The notes below the pieces were generated by a model, which ran no database searches, was not told the DNA's origin, and saw nothing but the letters and a program-made list of their open reading frames with translations. A stretch of DNA of 64,000 nucleotides. It comes from Octopus sinensis. Lineage: Eukaryota. The position numbers were made by a program, and so were the translations under genes. Below, piece after piece: positions 24,596 through 38,650 of this stretch. The stretch spans positions 31,930,001-31,994,000 of the forward strand of contig NC_043016.1 of NCBI RefSeq assembly GCF_006345805.1. The letters are read 5' to 3'. The first letter of the stretch is position 1; each line of letters opens with the position of its first letter.

Positions 24596-26530
24596 ATTTT
24601 TTGCACACCTAGCATTGTAATAAACTTATAGGTAGTTGATCCAGTAGCTACTGTCAGTTAGATATGGGAGGTCAGCCTTACTGCGCTGTAACGCAGTAGC
24701 AGGTGAAGACAGGATCTGTTAATCAGGTGCACTGTGGCATGTGTGATTTACTATTTACTTGTGCGCTTTTCACATTTGTGGAAATGAAATTAAAATCATA
24801 ATTGTGTGTGTGTGTGCAAGCATGGTTCTTTGCTTTTCATTCCCACCATTCTGGGTTTAGGATGTTGGACAAGTGGATCTTCATTTATAATCCTCAGGTC
24901 GACAAATACTATGAGAATAGGATATGCAGGCTGGAAATTACTCAGGAGCCTATTGTGGTGTGTGTGTGTGTGTGTATATTCAATGCTGAGTGTATGTGAG
25001 TCATCTGGAACTAGAAAGTCCAACTTGTGACTCATGCAGACTTGGCTTTGAATAAATGTTATTTCACTGAACTTCACAGTATTGAGCACTTTTTCCATTT
25101 TTTTTCTTTTTCCTTTTATTGTATACCAATTAAAACCATGTAAACACATATTCATCTTTGCACACATGTATGTACATGTGAGTTTATTTATAGTCATACT
25201 ACTAACTAAAACCTGCTGGCCTTATTTTGTTTGTATTCCTTTATATCCTGAAACTTAGCTGGTAAAGAAATAGTGATTGATATAAGTTGACAAACTGCAA
25301 CAAGTGTGCTGTGGTTAAGTTGAAGTGATTCATTAAGCACTTCAAGGCCAAAAGTCAATGATCTGTGTGTGTGTGCATCTGTTTTCATTACATGAATATT
25401 GTGATATTCTTGGAAGATCCATTTCTATTTACTTGTATCTTTTAATGTATGTATACATACATGCACATGTGTGTGTGCACACACGTATCTGTATATTTAA
25501 GCCCATTTATGTGTGTATGTACGTGTATATATGTGTGTGTATATATGTATACACACAAACACACGTATGTGTATACTGGATCTCCTTCAAGTCAAGATTT
25601 TTTTTTTTTTAAATAAAAGAACTTCATAGATATGATTCTTTTATATATACATGTTTACTAATTGCATTAAGTTATCATTCATTGTTTTTACTTTTGCTTT
25701 TATGTTCTATAGTAATGCTGAGAATGTTTCACACATTTCTCACATTAACGAGAAAGCGCTTAGGGTTGCTTGTACAACAATTTTTAAGAGCACCAAATTT
25801 TTTTCCTTTTTTTGTAATGCCATTACACACCGTCAGCAGAAGTTCAAAGTCTGAATGTTCATGATCACTCGTGTACTACATTGATGTTCCAAATCAGATC
25901 TCGGTGCAATGAATTTATGCTTCCAAATAGGATTGTATTGATTGGATTAGAGGTTGATTAACTGCATTTCCACATTTCTTAAATCTAACCATACAAAATA
26001 AATGCCTCTAATTTCAAACTCTGTAAAATCTGCTTCATCATGGCATTTTATTAGGGCTGTGCTAAACCTTTGATTCTGACTCACCACTTTATAGTATCAC
26101 TGACTGCAAGTCCTCTATTTGTAATTAGACTAATATATATTTCTTTTATTGATTGGTAGCTCACGACTTACATTGCTAATATGAATCATTTAGTCTACAT
26201 TTTAGTAACCCAAACCTGTTTGGGTTTAAAGGTTATAGCTATACTATTGTGACATTTTTATATTATTTATTAAAGAAGCTACAAATGATTAGACATGACA
26301 AAACTTATAAACTGAAATAAAAAAAGACTATTTTAATCTAAAGTCTGTAAACACATGTAAATGAAATGATTACAAAAATACTATAAAAGACCAGGAATGT
26401 CTTTGGTTTACTAGTTCAAAAAAAAATCTAAGGCACATCAAATTAAAAATAAATTAGTGACTATCTAAAGCAACTTAACAAGATAACCTTCTATAAACTC
26501 AGCTACCTAACCCCTTTTCGAGATTTACAG

Positions 26531-27400
26531 CAGCAGTTCTCAACTGGGGTCCATATAAGATTTTTCTTCAAAATTTATGACTCCAGTTCTGTATTATATA
26601 AATTATTGTTTCTCTAACTCTTTGAATTCTACTAGAAACTGATTCAACAGTAAATTAAATTCTTGTTTATGCAAAACCATAGCATCATTATTTAACATTC
26701 ATTTTCCATGCTGGCATGGGTTGGACGGTTTGACCGGAGCTGGTAAAGCCAGGGGCCTCACCAAGCTCCATTGTCTCTTCTGACATGGTTTCTACAGCTG
26801 TATGCCCTTCCTAACACAGTTATCAAAATTACATTTTCACAACACTTATACTATCAGAATCTTTAAGGCTTAATTTTTTCTCATTGTACTTCTTGATATA
26901 TATATATATACAATAGAGAGAAACTGACAGCTTTTGTAAATTGCTTCACAAAACTAACATGTCTGCCTACCATAATAGGAGCACTACCATGCATAACCAA
27001 AGCTACTTCTGACAAATCTATTTGTCTTTCACAAAACATTTGACAACAGTCAGCTCTGTCTTTTCCAGACATGTTTTCAAGGCTAATTCTCTTAATCAGC
27101 TCATAATTTATAGAATCTCCATGAAAATATTGTGCAATAATAGCTAATGGAGCTGATATTATATCAAACAAAGCAATTTCATATGTTAGCATTCGTTTTT
27201 GTAACTCTGATTTCAGCAGTAATTCTTCTTATTGTTATTTCATTCACATGTTCTATATCAGCATCTGTATTATGAAAGTCATCATATAAAAATGGTGCAT
27301 GTTTATCAAAAACTTTTTTAATATATGCCATCACATTGTGAATTGCTGTAAAGGATAGTTGTATGCGAACTTGTAGCTACTAAATGGGAAAGTTCTATCA
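26531..27400 (-). mobile_element. Relic hAT (Buster/SPIN/Charlie-like) transposon: transposase fragment plus one terminus, interrupted by a family B tail at about 26690-26815
   Basis: Minus-strand peptides AYIKKVFDKHAPFLYDDF and APLAIIAQYFHGDSINYELIKRISLENMSGKD...IDLSEVALVMHGSAPIMVGRHVSFVK resemble the hAT region QLAIFIR...ELL...TTGEDI...LVSVTTDGAPAMVG. Terminus CAGCAGTTCTCAACTGGGGTCC at 26531. Confidence 0.75.
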
Positions 27401-29639
27401 AAAAACTTAAATAAATGGTATTGTTTCTGATTTAGCTGTTGAGATTATATATATATTCTTTGTAGTCTTCAATTAAATTCTCTAAGAGTGACTGGTGCCT
27501 AGTATCAAAAGACAATTTGATACTAATTCCAAGTTCTACTCACAGTTTGTGCTTTACTGAAAAAATATGTACAGTTTTTTGAAACCGTGAAACTTTAAAA
27601 TGTGTTGGCTTTAGCAAGCTTTTTTAGAACATGATATTGAAGAGAGACTTGTTTCTTTCACAGTTGATCATATGTTCTCTTAAAACCCATCGTGTGTTAC
27701 TTCTGAGTTATTTGGCATACACTTAGGAATGAAAGATAACATGTTAGTTCTAGATCAATCCCAGTCACTTGGTCTTATGATCAATAATAGCTCAAAAACA
27801 CCCTTGATCAAATGGACCTATGATCAAAGAGATGCAGTGTCCTTGCTGCATCTCTTGTGTACCTGTAAACATTTGCACAGTTCTCAGCTCCTATTTACTC
27901 TTCTTCATATTGAATGTGGCACCCTCGTTGGTGGTAGCAAAAGTCCTTATGAATTTGGAAGTAGAGCCTAGAATCAAGAGGTTTTGTGGAAGACTCAACT
28001 GTGAAAACTAGGTCAACAGCATACAAGCAAGTCTGGTCTTAGGATCTTGTGAAAAAGTTGTAGAAATTGTTGTTAAAAATTACTATATTAATTCTTCTTT
28101 GTTTTGGAAGCAAAGCACTCTTCATTTATTCTTTGAATGTCAACTAATCAAAATATGTTAGCTTCAGTTGAAAACTTAGACATTTTAGATTTAAAGGTAG
28201 CTGTCTGTATTAATCTTCCTTTCTTTCTTTTGGTCTAAAGATCTGCTCTCTGGTTCATGTAGATTAAAACTTAATTTGTACCTTAACCATATCACTATAT
28301 ATACTTGCTGTATGCTACACTGCCTTCATACATAATTTTTTAAAAGTCAGTGTATAGGATCTAATTCTGATTACAATCAATAGAGAAAGTTCAGAACCCT
28401 TGCTATTCGGCTACATTCATTGCTGTCTAGCTTTTACTTAGGCATTCAGTAATCACATTGCCAGATTTATTTAAGAGCACACTTGGTTCACAGACACTCA
28501 GCAACCATACATAGCCTCATTTTTGCAATTAGTATGTCCATTCTGTTGTTGTGAGCAGAATATCAAATGTCCTTCAGCAGGTTTCATTTGAGGAAGCTGA
28601 TTTGATCCTCCCCCTTGTTATAAATAGAGAAAACTATCACATTTTTTGTTCTTGTTGCCACTAAGCACTGTGTTGATCAGCTAGATGCATTCACAACTTA
28701 CGCATATCTGCTTTATACAGAATCTTGTTTTTGAGCATTCCTTCTGCTTGCATTATGTTATAAATTTTATTCACATGCATTTTGTCACCACAAACTGAAT
28801 ATTATGAACATTGATTTCTTAAACTGTCTTCTTCAGGCATCTTAAACCTTTGCTCACTAGCAAACTTTTGTTATTTTCTGTATGCACTCACACATGTCCA
28901 TCAGAAGTTGTCTTCCGATAGTAGCTTATTTTTAAATAAGTTCATACAGTTTTTCTTTCATCCACTTGTGGACTCATAACACACTTTTTGAGTTGTTGCT
29001 TACTAGCCATCATCACACTGATAGTCACTGCTAACTTTTCCTCATAAAAATTCAATAAATATATACAAAATCTGTATATAATAGAAAGCTATAACAATAT
29101 AGATAGAACATTAAAAAGAAGAGAAAAATATTTTGGTATTTTAGTTTCATGTGGTTTTAAGATTGTAAAAGGATGTGGAATTTGAGGTGTGTGTAAAGAA
29201 TTGGGTCAGATAATATATGCACATCATTCAATTCAAGCTACTTAAATGAATGGTTTTACATTTTTGAGATGTCTTCTTTAATCTATAGGTTTCCAATGTT
29301 ACACTCCCTTATTTGGATGGGGGGTGATGTCCTTGTTCTTACAGTTTGTCAAGCTACTTCGTGAATGACCCTTGAATTGAACGCATAATGGCCAAATTGT
29401 GCTGTCTTTGTGATATTTATTAAGCATTTCCGTAACTGTTTATCTAACCCTTCCCTTCAAATGTCATTGCAGATAATAGTTGTACTTCCACTGAAGTGGG
29501 ATAATTTCAGGGAAATTATCCCATTTTTCTGTTTCTTGGCCTTGAAAGTAACTAGTATTGGATTCCACAGTATAGTCTCATACTGCAAAGAAATATGTAT
29601 CTTTGAAGGTGCTGCTGTAAGAAATAGTTATTTGGATGG

Positions 29640-29855
29640 TAATCCTTTCTACTATAGGCACAAGGCCTGAAATTTGGTAGGAGTGGGGTAAGTCAATCAC
29701 ATCAGAACTAGTACTTGACTGGTATTTAATCTATCGATCCTGAAAGGATGAAAGGCTAAGTCAACCTCAGTGGAATTTGAACTCAGAATGTGAAGGCAGA
29801 CAAAATACCAAGCATTTTGCCTGGTGTGCTAATGATTCTGCCAGCTCACCACCTT
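29640..29855 (-). mobile_element. tRNA-head SINE, family C variant
   Basis: GATCCTGAAAGGATGAAAGGCTAAGTCAACCTCAGTGGAATTTGAACTCAGAA...CTGCCAGCTCACCACC. Confidence 0.85.
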
Positions 29856-30663
29856 ATTTGGATGATAATGCAAAAGACTTGTATAAGGTGACACGGAATG
29901 GATATAACCATTTTGTATAATAAATAAATCTCATGCTTGATTACAATAATATTCTAGGATAAATACCTCATCCTTCCAATCACTGTCATTTTACTGTTCT
30001 TACTCTCATTATCTTTATACTCTGCTGCTAAATGTATGCATATTGCTAATTATTTTATGTGGGTTTCTTTTATAGACTGTTTTTGGCTAGCTCGTGTAAT
30101 ATAAATTATCTTGTTTGCACACACACACACACACACACACATTATTTAAAGTAAGATGGCTATGTGTGATCTGAGGGAAATTTGGCTGTTTATAATTGGC
30201 TGAGTTAGGGTAGCTTGTGTAAACATGATTAATGAATTGCATAGGGTGTGATAAGTTATGGGAAGAGCAGCTGACGGTGTTTCTGTTACACACACACACA
30301 CACCTGCTGCATATTTAATCTGTGAATCCTCTTTGTTACCTGTTGAAAATCAGGATGCAACTATGTTACCACCTGATATGCATTGAAATGTATTTTCTAT
30401 AGCTGGGTGGAGTGTGTTAGCCCCATGTCACACCTGCATTACAAAAGTCATAGTGCCTCTTCTACCATGAAACCTACCCTGTTTAGGTGAATGTTAGTAA
30501 TTTGCAGATTCAGGGAGGCATTAATGTCTCCCCACCACAAATTTAATTTGCTTTTATTCTTATCGAGAAAAAAAAACCCCAGCCAATATTTAATGATTTA
30601 ATTCCCATTAAAAAACCACCTCATAACATTTATAAAATTATATATATTATACACGCATACACA

Positions 30664-30894
30664 CAGGGTGACCCAAAAGTCACAAAGGTGTTGTTAATTC
30701 ATTTATGCTGTTTTAAATTTATGATAACTTAGCACCACATACAATATATATAATATGTATACACACACACACACAGAGGAAATATATGTATATTAGGAGT
30801 AAAGAGTTACATTTTGTGAATTATAAATAAAAATATGTAATTAAAACAAATTTATTAAACTCTTAGACTCTGCTGTGACTTTTGAACCACCCTA
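30664..30894. mobile_element. Tc1/mariner-type MITE
   Basis: TIRs CAGGGTGACCCAAAAGTCACA and TGTGACTTTTGAACCACCCTA; CAGGGTG-type ends; TA present on the right flank. Confidence 0.7.
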
Positions 30895-31689
30895 TACACA
30901 CACACACACACACACACACACAAGTTGTGTGTGTTGTAATTTAATGAAATAAAGTATTCCCTGATGATATGTTGTGGTTGAGCATCTAAATGCACTTGAA
31001 AAGCCTATTGCTGGACTCCACATAACCATAATGGTGAAGCATGCATAGGAGCTAAAGTATAAACTTTACATACATACACACATACACACAAGCATGATAT
31101 TTTTTAAATTATTTCACCTATTGTATTTACACATATATACTTTGTGTGTGTGTGTGCACACAAAACTATGGCTGCTACTTGCAGGCAAATGTAATGTAGT
31201 AGTATGCACCATACTGCTAATTGTTTTAAGTGCTTGTGTACTGGCAAGCAGATTTAGATGTTCTTTTGATCCTACCCTTGGATCAGCAAAATGTCAAGGA
31301 TGTGGAAGCTTTAGAGAAAGAGGGCTGCAACAGCACCCTACTGTTATTCATTTTCCTGCTGAGTAGGCTGAAATAATGTGAAACAAAGTACCTTGCTCAA
31401 GGAAACTTAGCACCATCCCTACTAGGAATCAATCCTGTAATCTCATGATCGTGTATCCAAAACCCTATGCATTAGCCCACAGATATATAATTTCTCTCTA
31501 CCCTTTATATGTTGTCTGCATTCAGTTCCCACATTTCATTATGATGCAGCATTACACTTCATACATATTGAAACATACAGTTTATACTTTGCTTGGAGAG
31601 AGATTCTTCCTTCACCCCCCACCTCCCCACTGTTGCCAGCAGAAGTAACAGCTCTCTGAACTTTTTCCACCTTGTCTTTATTCTGGTTA

Positions 31690-32100
31690 TTATGCTTTCA
31701 GACTCATTCGCTGCTGATTAGATTGTCTTCGTAACAGAAGCTATCAACTACTCCTACAGGGCCTTTCAAGCATTTGAAGGAATTAAATTCACTACTGCAC
31801 AGACTGCTAACTTCTGTAATTGCAACTCTGATAGTCTGATGTTGAATTGGTTAGTCCTCAAGGTCTATTTCTCTACCTCTTGAATTAAGTGTGCAATCTC
31901 TTGTTGACAGTTGATCGTATTCTTGCACATGGTCAGATGATGTCTCCACCTAACCATCCCAATACTGTGCACAGCGCTAACGAGCCTTTCTGTCAGGTTC
32001 TACAGTGTCTCTTTTGAAATGTGTTGGTTCTTAATTCAGTTACAAGTCTTCTTGATGGGTTGCCTTCACTGCCTATCTTGGGGAGCTGTAACTGAATAGA
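31690..32100 (-). mobile_element. Highly decayed RTE LINE fragment
   Basis: Minus-strand VVDSFCYEDNLISS corresponds to the DSFCYLGDLISS motif of the 14-16 kb and 53-55 kb copies. Confidence 0.5.
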
Positions 32101-32550
32101 TGTTGAGATGGTATAGCAGAGGTGCTTTAGCTAGAAAATCATTGTCTGTCTGTTGTATACATACACATACAAAATTTATGAAATCATACACATTTAAGAA
32201 TGAGAATTAAAAAATTAGGATTTCTGGAAAAATTTCTACTCTACATGGTATTCTCACATGTTTAAAACAAGTGAGAAGCAGGAAATACAAAAATAATCAT
32301 AAAATGGAAAATTGCAGTTGATTGTGTGTGCTGAAATGAAGAAAAGGAAGGGGCCAAAAAATTTCTTTTTGCAATTTTTAAAAATATTTATTTTGAAGAA
32401 TTGCAATTTCCTTTGTATCCTTGCTGATTCTATATCCTCTTTATGTTTTATAAGAAAAATAAAACACTTAGAAATTCATTTTGATCTCTGCATATGTACA
32501 AAGACTTAACACAATTTCAGCTTTCTATCTATAACAACCTGGTTCCTTAA

Positions 32551-32770
32551 CCCTTTAGCATTCAGGTTGCTCTTTCAAATGTAACACTTATGTATTCACA
32601 TTGTTTTGAATTAATCATGCATTATCTCATAGCTTCGAGATTTCACTGATGTGATTGTTTATTTGTAGAATGACATTGTAGGATAGGTGTAAGAGATCAG
32701 ATCTGTCCTATTTGAACATAAAGCAAATAGAATATTTTGGCTGGATATGGCCGCTTTAAATGCTAAGGAG
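32551..32770. mobile_element. piggyBac-type MITE with TTAA target duplication
   Basis: TTAA|CCCTTTAGCATT ... AATGCTAAGGAG|TTAA; second copy at 44660-44873. Confidence 0.85.
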
Positions 32771-33509
32771 TTAATTTTAATCATAAACCTAAATTCTTAT
32801 CAACTATCTTGAAACTATAATCATAACCATATTCCTTATTCTAAACTCTATTTTCCAGTCTGCAACTAAATCCTAAATCCTTAGTCTCTAACCCTCACCC
32901 TAAACTTAAAATTCTATTGTACTTTGTAATGCAACTTTTAGTTTGACAACCTGTGACCATTTCAACTGTTGATAGATATTGTATATAATGTCTTTTGAAT
33001 TCTATTTTCAATGAAAGCATTATGTATATGGTTTTCTTTGTGTGTGTGTGTTTGTGTGTAAATACACATGCATGCACATAAATACATGCATACACACACA
33101 TACACCTTCATATATTTGTGTAATATATATATGTGTGTATGTGTGTGTAATGACACATACACACTGTCAAACACCTAAGCTGAAAAAAATTATTTTGCAC
33201 ATAATTAACAAAGTGAGTAACATTATCCATTGAATAACTTGCTCAAGATTGTTGCATCTTTTTTCATCAAAAAATTTTGTAGAGATACAAACTGAAAGTA
33301 TGTTAATGGAAACTTTAATGAACAGTTATATAGTACGCAATAACTAAAGCATTCTTCCCACCTTCATTTCTAAGTAATCTTTTATTCTCTACTTCCATAT
33401 TTACATAACCATATAATAACATATGTTAAGTCATTCATATTCAACAAGACGAGAATGTTCTACATATTTAGCACCAATATAATGCTGCCGACCTCTGTAG
33501 TGCATTCAT

Positions 33510-33880
33510 GTATATGTACATCTGTGCTTCTGTATGTAGAAGAGGACCCTTTTCACTCATGAATGACTATGGGATTGCACCTAAAAAGTTCCTCTCCAAG
33601 GCACAAGTCCGGACAAGGTTGTTTATGGAAGACCAGCAGTCGCCCATGCATACAGGCCTCCACTCTTCCTGCCACCAATGTTATCCAAAAGAAAGGCAAA
33701 GGCTGATACAGCTTGGCACCAGTGATGTTGCATCACATTTCTACAGCTGAGTGAACTGGAACAATGTGAAATAAAGAGTCTTGCTCAAGAACATGACACA
33801 TAGCCTGGTCTGGGAATCATACTCATTATCTCGTGATTGTGAGCCCAATGCTCTAGCCACTGAACCATGCGCCTTCACTA
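33510..33880 (-). mobile_element. tRNA-head SINE, family D
   Basis: Reverse-complement match to 20945-21280 over head and body. Confidence 0.85.
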
Positions 33881-34095
33881 TATTATACACACACATATAT
33901 TCTGCTGACATCATAAGAATTTATAAGTTGTTTTGAAAGAACATTAAATTTTAATTTTTCATTTGAATAGTATATCTTTGCAGTTGTAAATGATAAAGGT
34001 GTAGGTTTGAGTTGTATGGACACACTTTGATTCTTTTTTTTTCTGTCCAAAAGTTTTTCAACCTAATATTAACATACTATTAAGTTATATGTGGT

Positions 34096-34490
34096 TTCCA
34101 AAAAGAAAAAAAGTGTGTGTGTTTGTGTATATGTATGTATGTATGTATGTCTAGCGGTGGTCTGCCCTTGAGAGGTCCTGTGCATGTGAACCTACAGCAC
34201 CCACTATGCAACCTGCCATAGCCTGCCACAGTTACGTAGATTACAAGAACTTGGAAAATACCATGACTAGATTTGGGATGTGCCTTCCAAAAAGAAAACA
34301 AAAATGTATGTATGTGTGCATATATGTGTGTGTATATATATGTATGTATGTATGTCTAGCGGTGAGCTGCCCTTGGACAGGTCTTGTGCATGTGAATCTA
34401 CAGCATCCACTATGCAATCTGCCACACCCTACCACAGATAAATACATTACAAGAACTTGGAAAATACCATGACTAGATTTCGGATGAATA
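34096..34490. repeat. Local tandem duplication, period about 205 bp
   Basis: CTAGCGGTG...TGCCCTTG...GTGCATGTGAA.CTACAGCA.CCACTATGCAA.CTGCCA...TTACAAGAACTTGGAAAATACCATGACTAGATTT starts at 34151 and again at 34356. Confidence 0.9.
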
Positions 34491-35226
34491 CTAGAATGGC
34501 TTCCCCATTGCCTTCTCCTGACAGGTGGGATTTGAACTCAGAATGTAAAGAGCTGGAAAGTATACTATGGAGCATTTCTGCTGGAATGTCAACAATTCTG
34601 TCACTCTCCCACCTGCAGAGCAATATGAAATAGTGTTTTTGCTCAAAAACACAACACAGCACTCAGTCCAGGATCGAACCCACAATCTAGTGATTGTGAG
34701 TGCAACACACTAACCACTAAGTCACATGCCTTCACACACACACAGACAATACATATACATGTCATGACAGTAACTTAGTGTTTTCACTAACTTCATTTTG
34801 TCATAATTTTCTTGATAATGCATACTTTTTAATTAAGATTTCCAGCAATACATATTGGGATATACCTGCAGTTTATTTGCACCCCACCCTGCTGGCTTGG
34901 TTTCCTCATAACTTTCTTAATAAGGCAAATTTTTTTAAAGACCGTTTTTTAGTGTTACTTTTTGGGAGGCTTTTTTAAAGGTGTAGACTGCAATTATGTT
35001 TAGAAGTTTTAAAAAATATTTTTCTTTCTGAACGGAAAAAAGTCTAACTTTATAACTATTGAATAACTTTTGCATGCTTGTTGGGTTTTTTCTTTGGCTC
35101 ATGAAATTAATCATTTAAGTTCAAAAGTAAAATGCTTCTATATATTTGGCATGCAGGCAGTTTTGGAAAACTCTGATAGTCTGCGTGTGTGTACACATGC
35201 ATGCATATTTTAACATATATATGTCT

Positions 35227-35300
<74 letters not shown>

Positions 35301-36957
35301 TTTTACATACTATCTTCTGACTTATTCTATATTTGCATTTATAGAATGCAATTTAAGCATAAGGGCATGGTCTAAATAAATATTTATTTATATCTCATAA
35401 TACAGCTTATACATAGTGTGAAAGTAATTTTACATAAATCTGATGTTAGTCCAGTTTTGCATGACATGTAACAAACAGTTTAACTTTGGAAATGTTTTGC
35501 TTTTCATCAAAGCAAATCTTAAGTATGTCAGCCACACAAAGCACAGCTACACGCAGCTTTCACTATTTACATGTTAGTTTTATGCTCACATACAAAATTC
35601 ACCATTTTTTTTCTTTTTCTTTTTTTTAAACCTTTCCCAGTGCTTTCAGGAATTTTGTATTTATGGTACTTTTCTTACTTCAGACTTTGGAATGTTGAAT
35701 ACAAGATTATTGACTCTATATCGCTTAAAATTATTTGTTGTCTACCTCAACTTCCTTCCCTTTTGTTTGACACCATGAGTATAAGTTGAAATGGCTTTAG
35801 CTGGAGTCTGAAATTGGGTCATACAATTCAATGAATAGACCATGTCGTGCAGGGAGCTTACCTTCTATAAAAACTACTTTCAGTGTTCAGCTAATTATGG
35901 AAAGAAACGTATTCTTACCTATGTGTGTATAAATGAAATCCAGGAAATAGTGAAGAAAAAGCTCTTTCATGTTGTGAACATGATTACAAACTAATTTTTT
36001 TCTTTTTATATAACAGTATGAAAGAAAATTAAGTAAGAAGGAAAGAGAAAACTTTTTCTTGTTCTCTATCAAATTTTGATCACTCTGCTAGAAATAGCAG
36101 CCAAATCTTCAAGTCACAACCAATATATATATATATATATATTTCCTCATTATTTAACATCCACTTTCCACACCAGCATGGGTTGAACAGTTTGTCAGGA
36201 GCTGGTTAGGCAGAGGACTGCACAGGCTTCAGTGTCTGTTTTAGCTGTTTTTTCAGCTGGCGCCCTTCCTAATACCAAGCCACCCCACAATGGGGTGGAC
36301 AAGTTCAAAGCTATCTGGACACTTTAGAATACAAAACTCAATGATGAGTTTTTAATCCATAATCATTAGTCTGACAAAAAGAATATAGAACTATGGACTA
36401 GTAAGGATGGATTAAACATGTGTTCATATATATACACACACACACACACTAAATTGATTCATTGACCAGACCTGTTTTTTAATTTCTACAGCAGAAATAG
36501 TTATACCATAGAATTACAATACAAGACTTGCTTTCTACTTTTATCTTTTTTTTTTTTTTTAGCTTGTCTATTCTTGGATATCATCAAATTTCTATAAAAC
36601 CTTACTTTAGACATCTTCAATTTTCCATAGCTAAAATAATTATACCTAATTACAAAACAGCTTAGCACATCCTGCTTTCTGGTGGTGTTTGGATCTATTT
36701 TGTTTTTCAATTGTTTAGTTTGTCCATTGTCATCATTGTTTTTGTGTCTGCTTTTCCATGCTGTCATGGGTTGGATGGAACTTTTTTGGAGGAAGTGTTT
36801 TACAACCAAATGCCTTTCCTGACATCACTCCTTTTAGTTCTTTTATGACATACTGGGATAGACACACACACACATGCAAATATTCATACAAACACAAGTC
36901 ATCATTAATCTTATCCTTGATTCAACCTTTGCTGTATGTTATACTTTAATTTATTTA

Positions 36958-37265
36958 TCTTTTACGGGTTTCATTCATTGGGCTGTGGCCATGCTGGAGC
37001 ACTGCCTTGAAGGGTTAAGTTGAGAAATCAATCCCAATACATCTTTTATTCTATCAGTCTCTTCCTCTGTGCCACTAAGTTACAGGAACACAAATACACA
37101 CACACAGATATAATTGTGTGTGTTTGTAAATGATTGCCTACCAAATTCACTCGCAAGGCTTTGGTTGACCTAGGGTTATAATAGAAGACACTTGCCCACA
37201 GTGCTGCTCAACAGAGCTCAACATGGAGCTATGTGGTTGGGAAGCAGGCTTAACCACACAGCTAT
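36958..37265 (-). mobile_element. tRNA-head SINE, family A
   Basis: Aligns with the other family A copies. Confidence 0.85.
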
Positions 37266-38039
37266 TCCATGTATCTGAAGAACAAAAGCTGTTTTTAAAT
37301 TTTAATGCAATTTTACAAGATTACAGCACATATGTATTGTGATTGATCAAGAAGTAATTAACCAAAGTTTTCTTTGTTAAAGATATCTATGAACAGATGA
37401 TTAAATGTCTAATGCTTTGAGAGGAAGGGATATCTGCTTCCTTTTCAGTCGTCTACAGGAAGATGTGAGTTTTCTCTGTCTCTCACTCATTCTTCCACAC
37501 CTACACACACACAGACGTGTGATTGTGTGTGTGTGTGAGAGAGAGAATGAGAGTGAGGAAAATTAAGAAAATGCAAAATTATTCACCATCACACCAAAAG
37601 TGAAAAAAGAAAGTGAGGGTAGTTAATAACATGCTGAAACATTGCACCAAGTAACTGAACAAATGAGACACTATACTTAATTGAAATATTGCAGCAAACA
37701 ACTGCCTGAACTAAATGAAGATACTAAGCAATGCCATTATTTATAGCTTTATCTACTTTTGAGTTCCAACATTAAAAATGAACTAAACGAGATGTGTTGT
37801 ACCAAAATGAAACACTGGTCCAAATTAAGACACTGAAACCAATTAAAATGTTGCACCAAGTAACTGCATAAAATTTAGACACTGTACCAAACAGTTGTTA
37901 CCGATATTTAGCATGTGTTTGCATATTTTCATTTATCTTGTCAATGTTCCTGACATCTTGTTGGAGGAACCATATTTGAAACAGCATATCATAGAGTTAT
38001 TGGTCAGTAGTAATAATAATAATAATTATTATTATTATT

Positions 38040-38342
38040 TCTGGTTTAGGTGCAGAGTTAGCCAGTTCTGAAAGATTGATACTGCTTTACTCATGCTTTA
38101 TTTTATCAATCTCTGAAAGGGCAAAATGCAATATTGAACTCGGCTGGATTTGAACTTACAATGTAAAGAACTGGAACAAATGTTGCAAAGCATTTTTTCT
38201 AACACTATTAATTCTGCCAGTTTGCTGGCTTAATAATAATAATACTATTGGAAGTGTTATCATATACATTGTTTTGTCAAGGCAGACGAAATGCTGCTAA
38301 ACATTTTGTCTGGCATGTTAACGATTCTGCCAGCTCACCACC

Positions 38343-38387
<45 letters not shown>

Positions 38388-38650
38388 TCACTTTGATGGC
38401 ATGCACTGCTCTCTCATTCAATGTTGATGGTTTCAAATTTTGCCACAAGGGCAGCCATTTTGGGAGAGGAGATGTTTTGATTACATTGACCCGTGTTCCA
38501 CTGGTACCTAATTTATCAACCCCAAAAGGATGAAAGGCAAAGTCAACCTTAGTGGAATTTAAACTCAGAACGTAACGCCAGGCGAAATACTGCTAAGCAT
38601 TTATCCCAGTGTGCTAACGAGTCTGCCAGCTTGCCACCTTTCTCACTCAA
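38040..38650 (-). mobile_element. Cluster of three family C SINE pieces separated by (AAT)n
   Basis: Heads ending CTGCCAG.T.(A/G)CC at about 38232, 38343 and 38640, each followed on + by (AAT)n. Confidence 0.8.

Noticed and set aside
27700-28030. ORFs 27729-27971 and 27820-28011 as possible exons
   Set aside because: No homology recognised and no convincing splice-site pair; probably decayed repeat.
32780-32915. Telomere-like repeats (CTAAATCC, TAACCCT, CCCTAAA)
   Set aside because: Too degenerate; no run of perfect units.
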